Shown: positions 44,821-56,306 of the stretch, one piece after another
Numbering within the stretch: the first letter of the stretch is position 1
Layout of the letters: every line of letters begins with the position of its first letter
Origin: Neovahlkampfia damariscottae
Lineage: Eukaryota
Reading direction: 5' to 3'
Length of the DNA stretch: 64,000 nucleotides
Assembly: GCA_016618085.1 (NCBI GenBank)
Contig: JABLTG010000028.1
Location: forward strand, 62,001-126,000
Position numbers and translations under genes: made by a program
The notes under the pieces: model-generated
What the model saw: only the letters and a program-made list of their open reading frames with translations
Told to the model about the DNA's origin: nothing
Database searches by the model: none

Positions 44821-45672
44821 ATGACAAATTCTGAACTTCAAATTTACTTACAAAAGTTGTATAAAACCTATGGAGAAACTGGTGGTGGTGGAAGAGATGA
44901 AAATTTAAAAAACAAAACTAAATTTGAAGCACAGTTTCTTCTTCTTGCAGAAAAGATTCAAGCATGTAGAAAAGAAATTTTAAAAAGAGAAGATGAAAAA
45001 ATTACACAAGCAGCAAGAGCAAATATTAACCATAGAGTCAGACAAATGTAAGAAAAAAAAAATCTCAACGTTATTGCAGGTTTTTAATCATCCAAAATGA
45101 TCGTAAAAGAATTGGGAAAATTGGAAAGAATGTAAATTCAAAAAATTATTTAAAACTTTTTTTTTGGAAAGAAACAACAAGAATTGAGAGATTTGGATGT
45201 TCATTTAAAAGAATTAGAATCATTGGATAAAAAGAGATTTAGAAGAAAATATGATTCATCAAATTCATCATCTTCATCACCTGGTATGATTTTAGAAGTT
45301 CAAGGAGAGGATGATATGACACTTTTACCTCCAATTGATATTTCAGTTTCAAAAAAAAAAATTCTAGAGTATAGAGAACAATTAGACGCAGGAATTGAAC
45401 AATTTTCTGAAAAACTTGGTGCATTAAAAGATATTGCATTGGAGACTAGAGACGAAGTTGATGCTCAAAATAAACAATTACAAAATATTTCAAATGGCGT
45501 TGAAACACAAAAGGGTAAACTTTTAAAATTCAATGAAGAATTGAAATCAATCACAAATCAAGTTAATTTATCAACCAAATTACTCTTTCTTTTTATTTTA
45601 GCTGTTATTTTAATGATATTAGCACTTATTTTGCTTGTTTATCTTATTGTTACTATTGGTTTTGGATTTTAA
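44821..45672 (+). CDS. Qc-SNARE (SYP7-like), multi-exon
   Basis: Helical N-terminus, SNARE motif LKDIALETRDEVDAQN and C-terminal TM helix. Confidence 0.75.
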
Positions 45673-45743
45673 ATTTTTGTAATTTTTAAAATAAAAAAAT
45701 GAAAAAAATTTTTTTTTGAGCAAATTTTTTATCCAATCATGAA

Positions 45744-46549
45744 ATGGGAAACAAATTTATTGGAGAACGAATCTCTGATGAAAAAATAAAAGACTATGAC
45801 GTGAATCGAGATAGTTTAAATTATATAAAATTACAACATACAAAAGAGCATACAATTGATTTTAATCCAGAAAATTTTAATAAAAGCAAAAAAAATTGCA
45901 AAATTTTATTAGTCGGTCAAAATAGAACAGGTCGAACCACTTTGGTTGATCATTTATCAGTAACCTATATATCATATCATAATTAATTAATTAGAGTTCA
46001 AAATTCAAAGAACAACCAGAATTTGATTCGGAAAACCCTTTTATAAATACAACATACGAATACCAAGAAAAGGTGATTTTAATTGACGATATAACGATAA
46101 ATTTAAAGTTTATTATACCAAAGAGGTAATAAAATTAATTTTTAATTTTTTTCAACAGAAAAGAACTTCTTCTTTCATTCATTCAATCAGTGAATGGAAT
46201 TATGTTTTGTTATGAAGTCGGAAATAAATTAAATTTTGAAATGATGAAATCATACCATCAATTAATTATAAATGATTCAAAACTACATCCTGAAACCAAA
46301 ATGATTGTGGTAGCGACAAAAAAAGACGAAAAATCAAACGAAGAAATTATTGACGAAGATGTACAGAAATTTATTGCATTTTATGAATATCCATACATAG
46401 AAACAAGTTCAAAAACTTCATATAATATCAAAAAAACATTCGAATTAATGCTCCAAGAGATTTATTTTCCAACTCCTAAAAACGACTTGAAGTTATCAAA
46501 ATTTTTGAAACAAAATAAGATATTTGATGTTTCATTTCGATTTAGGTGA
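45744..46549 (+). CDS. Divergent Ras-superfamily small GTPase, multi-exon
   Basis: KILLVGQNRTGRTT P-loop, VATKKD (G4), ETSSKT (G5). Confidence 0.75.
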
Positions 46550-46641
46550 TATTTGAAAACTTGAAAAATTTTTATTTTGCATTTATTTTGTTTCGTCCAG
46601 ATTTTTATATTTCATCCAATCACAGTATTCTGAAAAACCTC

Positions 46642-47680
46642 ATGTCAGATACACAACATTTCACTTCAGAACTTTATGGATTTGATTTACAATTTCCTTC
46701 TGATTTTATTCTAACACCAAATCAACAAGGAATGAATTTACAAATTCAGTGCCTTGTGCCAAATTCAAATCCTCAAAATGGCGAACCTTTAGGTTTAGTT
46801 ATTTGCGAAGTTGTTGATCCAACACTTAATTTAGATTACCAAGGGTATGTAGATTTGAGTAAAACCCTTCTTTGTATTTTTTAAAAAATTAGGCATCAAA
46901 AATTTACAAAACATGCATGAATTCGCATCACATTTGACATCACAAAATATTACAAATACATCAAAAAAGAATTCCAATGGTCACAATTATGAAGAAATTT
47001 ATTATGAATTGGTTTCAAAAAACGTTCCAGATGTCATAACAAAACTCAAAACTTGTGTTTTCTTTGAAAATGGAAATGGAATATGTCTTCAAACATCCTC
47101 AGAGGCTTCAAAATTTCAATCTGATTTACTTGATAGTTCTGTTGATACTGCTCATTTTTTTCCACCAGAAAAGATTGATGATGATGATCGATTTGCAAAT
47201 TATATTAATGATATGAATGGAATTGAATTTACTTATCCAAAAGGCTGGAAGATACAAGATGGACTTGCTCAAGGAATGTCCCAAGTGACATTTCATAAAC
47301 CTGGAAGTCAAACATTTGGACTTGTTATTGTAGAACCTATTAATCCAAGTTTAAAGTTTGATTTTCAAAAATATGTTGGTGTTAGTTTGGCCAATGTTAA
47401 GAATATGAAAACAATGACACAAGGAAAATGTGATATTCATAATTTACAAAACAATAGTTCTTCAACATCATCAGGTTATAATTATGAAGAAATATCTTAT
47501 GAATTAGTTGATCCAAATGATTCAACAAAGATATTGTCTTTAATGAAACAACAAATATTTTTTGAAAATGATTTTGGTTATGTTGTTCAAACAACTGGAC
47601 CAGCAAATACTTTTGATTCTGGTTTCATGGATACTATTTCAGATCAAATTCAATTCAAAACACCAAAGAATTTCCAATAA
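46642..47680 (+). CDS. Tandem PsbP/Mog1-like domain protein
   Basis: Two internal repeats starting YGFDLQFPSDF and NGIEFTYPKGW; one intron around 46859-46892. Confidence 0.55.
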
Positions 47681-48043
47681 ATTATTTTTTTGATATTTTG
47701 GATTCATCAGCTGGTTTCTTTCAAATGAATGATTTCTGTTTTTTTCAAATAGACAATGCATGTGATAAAAAGGCACAAAGTAATGTTTTTTTTGTGATTT
47801 TGGAAGATTTTAGATTTCGACTATGTTCATGTTCTTTTCATTTTTTTCCGACGGTAGAATAAAATCATTGGTTGTTTTTTTTGGGAATTTCTAAATTGAG
47901 AAATTTTTGTTATTGAATCCGAAGTTGAATTCTGTTTCTAAATACGAAATAAAACATAATAATTCTCCACCATATGCAATAAACAATTTTTCTTATAAAA
48001 ATCTTAAGTTTATCATCCAATCAAAAATTTATCCACTTCCAAA

Positions 48044-48570
48044 ATGCTTCAACAACAAAACAAAAAGTTCATGTGCTTAGAACCTGAAATCACGTTACAA
48101 CCACCAGTTTTTCCAGCCTTCAACATGTTTCCAAAGATAAATGAGACCATGGAAACAACTACCTGCCCTAAACTCGAGAATATGATGTATCAACAACAAA
48201 GAAAAGAAGAAGATCTGACAAACAGCTATTTCCAACAATACTCAGCTATGAAACCAATAGAAAAGAGACCTATGGTTTACAGAAAACCTTTGGAAATTCC
48301 AAACTTCATCAAACCTCTTTCAAAACCTGAAAGAAAAATGAAACCACAAAGTAAGTTGTTTTTTTTGAATCTGACCAACTCCTAAGCTGGCCACTGGACT
48401 AGTGAAGAACATAAAGCATTTTTACTTGGATACCAAGAGTGTGGTAGACAGTGGACCAAAATTGCCAAAGACTATGTGAAAACTAGGTATGAGCTATTTT
48501 ATTTTAACAAAACTCTTTTAGGACAGCAATTCAAGTTACAAGTCACGCACAACAATATATTCGAGAATAG
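48044..48570 (+). CDS. Myb (SHAQKYF-class) transcription factor, multi-exon
   Basis: Spliced C-terminus WTSEEHKAFLLG...WTKIA..VKTR-TAIQVTSHAQQY. Confidence 0.85.
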
Positions 48571-48914
48571 AGTATAGAATAAATTTATATTGTAGAACAA
48601 AACTTCTTGTTTTTTTTCTGTTCAATTTGTTTTCTGGAAATTTATGTTGCTAATTTCGGATAAGTTAACCAATTTTGGCAATTCAAGTCAGAATTTCCAA
48701 AAAAGTCAATTTACTAATTGGAATTTACTTTTATTTTTTTTCCTCATTTCTATTTCATTCAATCCTTCTATTATTTCTGGTGGATCAAATTTTGTTGAAA
48801 AAAAAATAAACAAAACCTGCAATAGATTCATTCACTCGGATTTGTGATAAAAATTTCAACTAAATTGCATCATGCTAACAAACTATTTAAAAAATCTCTC
48901 TTTATTTTTTTGAA

Positions 48915-51900
48915 TCAAAAAAAGTCATCTTCTGAATTGAATTGATTGTAAATATAATAGTTCATGATAGATTGAACTTTTGGAGAAAAATCAGATAATT
49001 GAGAGTTCACTTCAACATCTTCATTTGGTGCGAATTTTGGATCATCTTTCATTGAATCTTCATCAAGTTGAAAAACACATTTTCTTTTTTTCAGTAACTT
49101 TGTAAATTCACTCAAACCCTTTTCATATGTTTTTAAAGAACCAACAAAGATCAATTTTTTTTTTGCTCTTGTAATTGCCACATTAATTCTTCTTACATCT
49201 TTCATAAGTTCACCAATTGAATCATCTTCATCATTTGATTTGACAAGAGAAACTATAATCACATCTCTATCAATTCCTTGAAATTTATCAATTGTATTGA
49301 TCAAAATATTTGAATTTTGAATTTCATCTTTCAAGTTTTTACATTGCGAATTAAAAGGTGAAATAATACCAATTTGTTTTTCATTTATTGATGCTTCTAA
49401 AAGAGAAGAAATCAAAATTTTGATTATTTCAATCTCTCTCAAGTTAACAATCCCATTAAACATTTTGACTTCTTTAGAGTCTTTTAAACTATCAATGGAA
49501 TAAAATAAAACACCATAATCATTTGAAATTTGATTCAACCATTCAGGTTCAAATTTACCATTCAACTTTAATTTCTTTTGTTTTATTTCATTTGAATAAC
49601 ATTTTAATTTGTTTTTATAAACCAAATTATTACTTAAATATAAAATATCTTCATTCATACGATATTGAAAAAGTAAAGGTTGAACAGCTTGTTTGAATTT
49701 TCTTCCAAGAAATTGAAATAAACTTGTATTCATACCTAATTCTTTTGCTTCTTTATTCTTCACAACAGGTGGAAGTTGTTTATGATCCCCAACTAAAATA
49801 AAAACTTCTGCCAATGAAATGGTTCCTAAAATTGCTGGAATTGAAATTTGACCTGCTTCGTCAATAATACAATAATCAAATTTCAATTTTGAAAGAATAC
49901 TTAATTTAGGAGCACTATAACATGTACAAGTAAATATTTTTGATTTTGAAATAAACTCTTCATAATCTTTTGACGATTTAAAATTTGAAAAATTATTATC
50001 TTTTAATTTAACAAAAGGTAAATTCATTCTTTCTAAAAATGATAAAATATTATCAATTGCTGGATTTGTATGACTTGAAATCAAAATTCTCTTTCCTGAA
50101 TCAAATAAATGTTTGATCAAATTTGCTATGGTATAACTTTTTCCAGTTCCAGGAAATCCTAAAATAATGGAATAGTCTTTAGCAGATAAAGATAATTTGA
50201 TAGCTTCTATTTGCTCTTTGTTTAAATTTTTATCAAAATCATCATCTTTGAAATCAATAGATTTAAATTTTGGTTCATTTAGATCAACAATTAATTTTCG
50301 TCTTTTTTCGTCTCCTATATCTTTCAAGAATAAATTGATAATATTGAATTTTGAATTTTGAAATAAATCACGTTTATCAATTCTCCAAAATAAATCATCA
50401 TCTAATTTTTTATAAGGTACTTTTAAAGGATGATCTAAAATCAATTCAATTAAATTTTCAAAAATGTTCAAAATAGTTCCAGAAGCAATTCCAAAATCAA
50501 AATTCTCAGAACTAACAACAATAAAATCACCATTTTGAAATATTGATTTTTTTAAATTCATTTTCTTTTCAAATGTATAAATATAACTTGAATTTGATAC
50601 TTCAAATGATTTAATTTTCATTTCACTCAAACAATCGCCAAAATCTGTTTCTTTTTCTTTTGAAGTTAATGTATGGAATTTTTCATTCATTTTATTGTTG
50701 GATTCCAAATGAATTGCTGATAACCATTTCTTTAAAAATTGTAAATCTTTTTGGGATAAGTGATTTGTCTCTTGTTCAAAAATATCTTTTGCTCCACTTG
50801 TTTCATTGGTCCCATTTTCAACTGACCTATGATGAATCATACAAACACTTTTTTGAAAACAATGTTTACAAACTGATAATTTATGAGACATTGAATTCAA
50901 ACTTTGAACAAAATTCGTTTCCATTTCAAAAACAATTTTGTTTCTAATTTGAATCAATGAATTAATTTGCAAATCATTTCTTGAAATCCCAAAAAATTTT
51001 GAATTCTTAAAGTAATATAAAATACCTCTATCAATATTTTGATTATATCTTTCACTCATTAACAGTATATAAAGTAGAACTTGTGCTTTATGGTCAAGTT
51101 TTTCATTTCCTGATTTATCTAAATTTCCAGTTTTCAATTCAAATGGAATGATCATATTTGAATTTTTTTCAATTGAAATCAAAATTGAATGATCTATTTT
51201 TGCTTTTAATCCATATTGGAATGACCAAATTGATTCTTCTGAATCTAATATTTTTTTAATTTCAATACTCTTTATTCCTTCTTCGTTTGTAAAATTGATT
51301 AAATTTGGTTGTTTAAAGAATTCAAGTGAATTGAATTGATGTTTAAAATCTTTTTTTATATTTTCAATTATTTCTTCATCTGTTTGATCACATTCGAAAA
51401 TTGTTCTCAAATTCTTTTTTGAAATTTTTTCGAATTTTTCATCAAAATTTGTTTCTTTTTTTTCTTCTTTTTCTTCTAATGTTTGTTGAAATATTTCATG
51501 TATCATTGTTCCTTGAAGTCCATGTTTATTTGATTTATACATCATTGAACTAAAAATACCTTTTCTGATACAATTATATGATTGACTGACCTGTGAGGTA
51601 TTTAATAATATATCTGGATTAACAATAATCATATTATTTTTGTTATTTATCAAAATATCATTTTTTGGTTCAATCTTTGTTGTGTAGATGATATTGATAA
51701 TATCACCTTCTTTTAATGGTGTATTTTTGAACCAGTCTTCTTCTAAATGAATTTTAATTTGTTTTTCTGTTGTCAAAATCTTTTTATTTGGAAATTCTTC
51801 GATTTTAGCAATTTTGTGTCTGTTGAGTTTGTCTTTCAATTTCTTTTGAGGATGTATGTCTACTTGAGTTTCATATTTCGTTTCTTGTTGAAATTTTAGT

Positions 51901-51962
51901 TTCTTTTTTCCTCTGATCTCAACTGAAAGTCTCCTTTTGGAGGTGGAGCTTTTCATGTTCAT
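48915..51962 (-). CDS. DNA2: DNA2 nuclease/helicase
   Basis: CIRK, GTMIHEIFQ, ELKTG, HKAQVLLY, GFPGTGKS, DEAGQ, VGDHKQLPP, RRINVAITRAK. Confidence 0.95.
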   Translation of the reverse strand: MNMKSSTSKRRLSVEIRGKKKLKFQQETKYETQVDIHPQKKLKDKLNRHKIAKIEEFPNKKILTTEKQIKIHLEEDWFKNTPLKEGDIINIIYTTKIEPKNDILINNKNNMIIVNPDILLNTSQVSQSYNCIRKGIFSSMMYKSNKHGLQGTMIHEIFQQTLEEKEEKKETNFDEKFEKISKKNLRTIFECDQTDEEIIENIKKDFKHQFNSLEFFKQPNLINFTNEEGIKSIEIKKILDSEESIWSFQYGLKAKIDHSILISIEKNSNMIIPFELKTGNLDKSGNEKLDHKAQVLLYILLMSERYNQNIDRGILYYFKNSKFFGISRNDLQINSLIQIRNKIVFEMETNFVQSLNSMSHKLSVCKHCFQKSVCMIHHRSVENGTNETSGAKDIFEQETNHLSQKDLQFLKKWLSAIHLESNNKMNEKFHTLTSKEKETDFGDCLSEMKIKSFEVSNSSYIYTFEKKMNLKKSIFQNGDFIVVSSENFDFGIASGTILNIFENLIELILDHPLKVPYKKLDDDLFWRIDKRDLFQNSKFNIINLFLKDIGDEKRRKLIVDLNEPKFKSIDFKDDDFDKNLNKEQIEAIKLSLSAKDYSIILGFPGTGKSYTIANLIKHLFDSGKRILISSHTNPAIDNILSFLERMNLPFVKLKDNNFSNFKSSKDYEEFISKSKIFTCTCYSAPKLSILSKLKFDYCIIDEAGQISIPAILGTISLAEVFILVGDHKQLPPVVKNKEAKELGMNTSLFQFLGRKFKQAVQPLLFQYRMNEDILYLSNNLVYKNKLKCYSNEIKQKKLKLNGKFEPEWLNQISNDYGVLFYSIDSLKDSKEVKMFNGIVNLREIEIIKILISSLLEASINEKQIGIISPFNSQCKNLKDEIQNSNILINTIDKFQGIDRDVIIVSLVKSNDEDDSIGELMKDVRRINVAITRAKKKLIFVGSLKTYEKGLSEFTKLLKKRKCVFQLDEDSMKDDPKFAPNEDVEVNSQLSDFSPKVQSIMNYYIYNQFNSEDDFF

Positions 51963-52121
51963 CAACAAACACGAACAAATTGAGTGGTAAAATTTGACCA
52001 ATCAATAAAGACTATTGTTGCAGAAAATGAAAGACCTCATTTTATTGTGTTTAATAAAGTATTATATTTTATTTGTAAATGACTTTAAGTCGTTATAATT
52101 TTTATCCAATCATCATTAACA

Positions 52122-52986
52122 ATGTTTAAATTGTCAAAGAAACTGTTCAACGCTGGTACTTTCAATAAATACCATCAAAAAACGAATTTCTTTCTCATTA
52201 GAAAAGCTTTAGAAAGATATGAACGTTTTTCAATTCCAAAAGTAGAATTCTTTGATGTTTGTCAACAACACGGAGTTTCAGAAGAAGAAGCAACGAAACT
52301 CAGTGATTTATTCAATGCTTCAGGTATTTTTATTCAAGAAAAAGATAATATCATTATAAAACCTCATATTATTTATAAAAAACTCGTTCAAACAATAGAA
52401 GCTGAAAACCCTCAAATCGTTGAATTGAAAAATGAAATTAAAGAAATTGAAGAAAAACTTGAAGTTTTAGATGTTACTAAAGAAGTATTAGATACAAAAG
52501 CAAGAAGAACAGTAACTGGTATTGCATGGACAGGAACTCTCTATCTCACAACTGTAAAACCCCACTTTTATTTTTTTTTAATTTTTAAAAGCAAATGGGT
52601 GTTCTCATGCATATGACTTGGACTGATGTAAGAATTCAGATAATATATTAATAATAATTATAGTATGGTTGGGATGTAGTTGGTATCTTTAATTTATTTT
52701 TAAACAAACTTTAGAACCTATTAGTTTTTTTGGTTCAGTTTTTTTTTTTTAAAACTTTTTTTCAGTTGGTTTCAGTGTTGTATACATTGGTGTTATTTAT
52801 TCATGTTTAGTTGGAAGTGATTATGAATATGTTGATGCTTATCAAAGATTTTTAAAAAAACGTCAATTAGCGACTTATAAAAAAAATGATTTTGATTTTG
52901 AAACATATTCTCAATTACAAAAGAGATTGTGTGAAATAAAACAAGAAAAAGAAGATATTGAAAAACATTACTGGGGTGAGAATTAA
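52122..52986 (+). CDS. MCU: Mitochondrial calcium uniporter (five exons)
   Basis: Presequence, coiled coil and two TM helices; the spliced loop TWTD-YGWDVVEPISFF contains the WDxxEP filter; introns 52554-52591, 52628-52663, 52683-52714, 52733-52765. Confidence 0.88.
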
Positions 52987-52997
52987 AATATTTATTT

Positions 52998-53408
52998 TTA
53001 AAATCCTTCTCTTCCTGTTTTTTTTGTTTCATATTTTAATTTTGATTTTTTGAGTAATGTCATAATATGATCTTCATTTTTATTTCCATCACCATAAGTT
53101 TGGTGGTTTGCAAATGCTTTTCTCCAACTAACACAACAAGCCCAAGGTGCACAACAACAAACAGAAGTAGATTGTGAACGGACTTCAAATTTACATTGTT
53201 TTTCATCTTCTTCTAATATTTTAAAAGTAACTACGTCAAGCCATTTACAAGCTGGAGTTAAGAAATTTGCCTGGACTTCTCCTGTTTTATTATCTGTTTC
53301 TAAATCGAAATGTGGTGTTGCTATAATTGTATTTTCGATTGTTTTGATGACATCATCTTTTGTATTCTCTGGAAAAGTGACTTCAAACGTTATAGAAGGA
53401 TGAACCAT
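52998..53408 (-). CDS. Hypothetical protein, weakly DUF1499-like
   Basis: 136-aa ORF with TP..KWLDVVTF...EVRSQS and GDGNKN..HI; Cys cluster. Confidence 0.45.
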   Translation of the reverse strand: MVHPSITFEVTFPENTKDDVIKTIENTIIATPHFDLETDNKTGEVQANFLTPACKWLDVVTFKILEEDEKQCKFEVRSQSTSVCCCAPWACCVSWRKAFANHQTYGDGNKNEDHIMTLLKKSKLKYETKKTGREGF

Positions 53409-53453
53409 TTCGGAGCGCTTGTCGGAAAATAAAACGGAATTTAATTTGATTGG

Positions 53454-55577
53454 ATGTACAAGAATAGGTCAAAGAAAAGGTCTTTTATGGAAAAATTAAG
53501 GTCCAATTTCTTAAAAAAATTCAAAACATCTGTAAAAGCTCCAAGTTTTGAAGATATACCTTCAGAGTTGTATGATGATAGAGAAACGATGACATTTATT
53601 GCTTCAACATCAGAAAATTTACTTTGTTCTAGAAATCTTGAAAAATGGTTGAACGATTCGGACATAATTAAAGTGGCCTTGAAAAGAAGTTCATTTATTT
53701 ATCCATTTATTCATCCAAACTTACAAAAAGATAAATCAATAGGCTTGATTTATGCTCAACATGGTTTTTTTATTTATAATGAACTTCCAAAAGAACTTCA
53801 AAGAGATAAAGACGTAATCTACGCATTAGCATCTTCAGAACATATTTGTATTGGACATTCTTTTCCTTCAAAATTTTATATACCAGAAGAACTTCAGGAA
53901 GATTTAGAATTCGCATTGAAAGTTGTTGAAAAACTGCCAGATTTATACAAATATTTTTCAAAAAAACTACAAGGAAATGAAAAATTAACTTATTTAGCGA
54001 TTTCAAAAGACGGAGAATTATTTCAATATTCATCAGATGATTTACGAGGAAATTATGAATTTGTTCTGGAGGCTTTATTTGCATCTCCAGTATGTTTTGA
54101 ATTTATATCAAAGAAACTTCAAAATAATATTGATATATTGTTAAATGTAGTTGGTCATTGCCCTAAATATTTGAACTACTCTGTCAATTCATCAATTTTT
54201 AAAAAAGAAAATATATTCAAATTATTGAAAAGAAATGCGTATTGTTATAAATATTTACCAGAAATATATCAAAATGACATAGATATCGCTTTATTTGCTT
54301 TGGAATCAAATCATGAAATTTATCCAATTTTGAATTCTCAACTTAGAGGAAACAAAGAAATAACAATAAAAGCAATTGAAAAAAATCCGTTGAACATTTT
54401 CAAAACCACAAAAGAAATGAAAAATGAAGAAGATGTTGTCTTTGTTGCTGTGAAAAATAGTCTGACAACGTTTCAATTTGCTTCAGATGAATTGAAAAAT
54501 TCAAAGAAATTTGTTACGAAATTATTGAACGAAACTAAATTTGCAGATGCAAATATGATAAGTAAAGATCTAAGAAATGATTTAGAGTTGATGCTATTAT
54601 TTTGTAAAAAAAATGGAAATAATCTTGAATTCGCTTCAAACAATCTGAAAAACAATTCTGAACTTGTTTTAGAAGCAATAAGAACAACTCCAATTTCATT
54701 TGAATTTGCATCTTTAGAAATGAAGAAAAATAAACAAATAGTTGAATATGCATTGAAGAGTGATGGATTCAATATTATTTATTTGAATGAACAAACTTTA
54801 ACTGACAAAGATATAAACAAAATTGCATTAGAATCAAATCCAAAATGTTATCCATTTTGTTTAGAAAAGTGGAGATTTGACAGAGAACTAAGTGAGCCAT
54901 ACATTATCAAATATCCACTCAATATTGAATTTTCTTCAAAAGAAATGCAAAATGACGAAGAATTGTTGAAAATTTTACTGAAGAACAATGGAATATGTTT
55001 AAATTTTGCTTCAGAAAAGATCAAACAATCTTTGGAATTAGTCACCATAGCAGTTGAAAATATTGGAATTTCTTTGGCATTTGCTTCAGAACATCTTCAA
55101 AAAAATGAAAAATTAATATTTTTAGCTTTGAGAACATCACCGGAAATTGTTCAATATTTGCCATCTGTTTATTTAGATAACTTTGAAGTCATTTTACAAT
55201 CAGTAAAGAAGAATGGATTGATGTTAAAGTATGCATCAAAAAGATTGAAGAATGATAAGAATATAGTTTTACAAGCAGTCATTAACAATGGAACTTCACT
55301 TCAATATGCATCATCTCAATTAAAAGATAATAAAGAAATCGTATTGACAGCTTTGAAGGATCATTTGAATGCTTTACAGATGGCATCTAAAAGATTAAGA
55401 TATGACAGAGATATTGTTATTCAAACTGTAAAACATGGAATGAAATTAAATTATGATCAATGGAATGATTTGAAAAAAGACAAAGAAATCAGTTGGTTAC
55501 TTTCAAAACGCTTCTTGTTGATTAGAGAAATTCCTTTTCAAAATATTGGATTTCGATTTGACAGATTCAATGAATAG
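53454..55577 (+). CDS. DUF4116-repeat protein
   Basis: Many LxYAS..LKNDK.IVL.A repeats. Confidence 0.9.
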   Translation: MYKNRSKKRSFMEKLRSNFLKKFKTSVKAPSFEDIPSELYDDRETMTFIASTSENLLCSRNLEKWLNDSDIIKVALKRSSFIYPFIHPNLQKDKSIGLIYAQHGFFIYNELPKELQRDKDVIYALASSEHICIGHSFPSKFYIPEELQEDLEFALKVVEKLPDLYKYFSKKLQGNEKLTYLAISKDGELFQYSSDDLRGNYEFVLEALFASPVCFEFISKKLQNNIDILLNVVGHCPKYLNYSVNSSIFKKENIFKLLKRNAYCYKYLPEIYQNDIDIALFALESNHEIYPILNSQLRGNKEITIKAIEKNPLNIFKTTKEMKNEEDVVFVAVKNSLTTFQFASDELKNSKKFVTKLLNETKFADANMISKDLRNDLELMLLFCKKNGNNLEFASNNLKNNSELVLEAIRTTPISFEFASLEMKKNKQIVEYALKSDGFNIIYLNEQTLTDKDINKIALESNPKCYPFCLEKWRFDRELSEPYIIKYPLNIEFSSKEMQNDEELLKILLKNNGICLNFASEKIKQSLELVTIAVENIGISLAFASEHLQKNEKLIFLALRTSPEIVQYLPSVYLDNFEVILQSVKKNGLMLKYASKRLKNDKNIVLQAVINNGTSLQYASSQLKDNKEIVLTALKDHLNALQMASKRLRYDRDIVIQTVKHGMKLNYDQWNDLKKDKEISWLLSKRFLLIREIPFQNIGFRFDRFNE

Positions 55578-55755
55578 AACTGGAACATTCTCTGAACAGC
55601 TCTAGAAGCAAGAATTAGAGAAAATTTGTACAGAAAAAACCAACTCAATCGGGTAAACTTTACCACCAATGAAATGAGCCAACGTTTTTTATTTGCGCGC
55701 GTAAATTTATTTGTCGGTTTGTCCAATCATTGATCTAACACAAACACCAACAACA

Positions 55756-56157
55756 ATGCAAAACAACAGAGCAATATTGATACCAAAGTCCAGTGGTCAA
55801 AAAATACCAAAGTCATCATCATTACCACGTTCACCACAGTTTCAAATGATAAAAAGAATAAATGAAAAAGATGCTTGTATCATTGAGGTTCCTTTTGAAA
55901 TGTCATGTGTAGGAAATATAGAAGGAAAGCTTGATGGTCAACAAGGAACTGTACTACGAGTTTTTGAAGAAGATGCAACAGTTTTATTGTCAGAAGAGAA
56001 AGAAATTGTAACTGTACCTTTGTTTTGTATCAAAAAAAGAAATTTTATCATTAAAAAACGTGAAGAAGTGGAAAACAATTCACCATCAAAGTCTACCTCA
56101 AAAAAATTAAAACAAATCAAAAATATGAATAGCAAAGCTCATTGTTTTTCAATTTAA
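55756..56157 (+). CDS. Hypothetical protein with KOW/SH3-like segment
   Basis: GKLDGQQGTVLRV...ATVLL...VP segment; CCAAT upstream. Confidence 0.45.
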   Translation: MQNNRAILIPKSSGQKIPKSSSLPRSPQFQMIKRINEKDACIIEVPFEMSCVGNIEGKLDGQQGTVLRVFEEDATVLLSEEKEIVTVPLFCIKKRNFIIKKREEVENNSPSKSTSKKLKQIKNMNSKAHCFSI

Positions 56158-56306
56158 TTCTGGAAAAGTTCATCACCAATTTTGTACTATAACGCCATTC
56201 ATTCCATAAAATTTTTGTCAATAAACTTTTTTCAATTGTTTACTCATGGGTTTCTCGTTTTTTTTTGAGAATCAAACAAAAAGAATGAAAATATGAATTT
56301 TTTATT

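Noticed and set aside
48915..51962. DNA2 as part of a Cas4/helicase (MIMIVIRE-like) defence system
   Set aside because: Ordinary eukaryotic replication gene, far from the viral insert.
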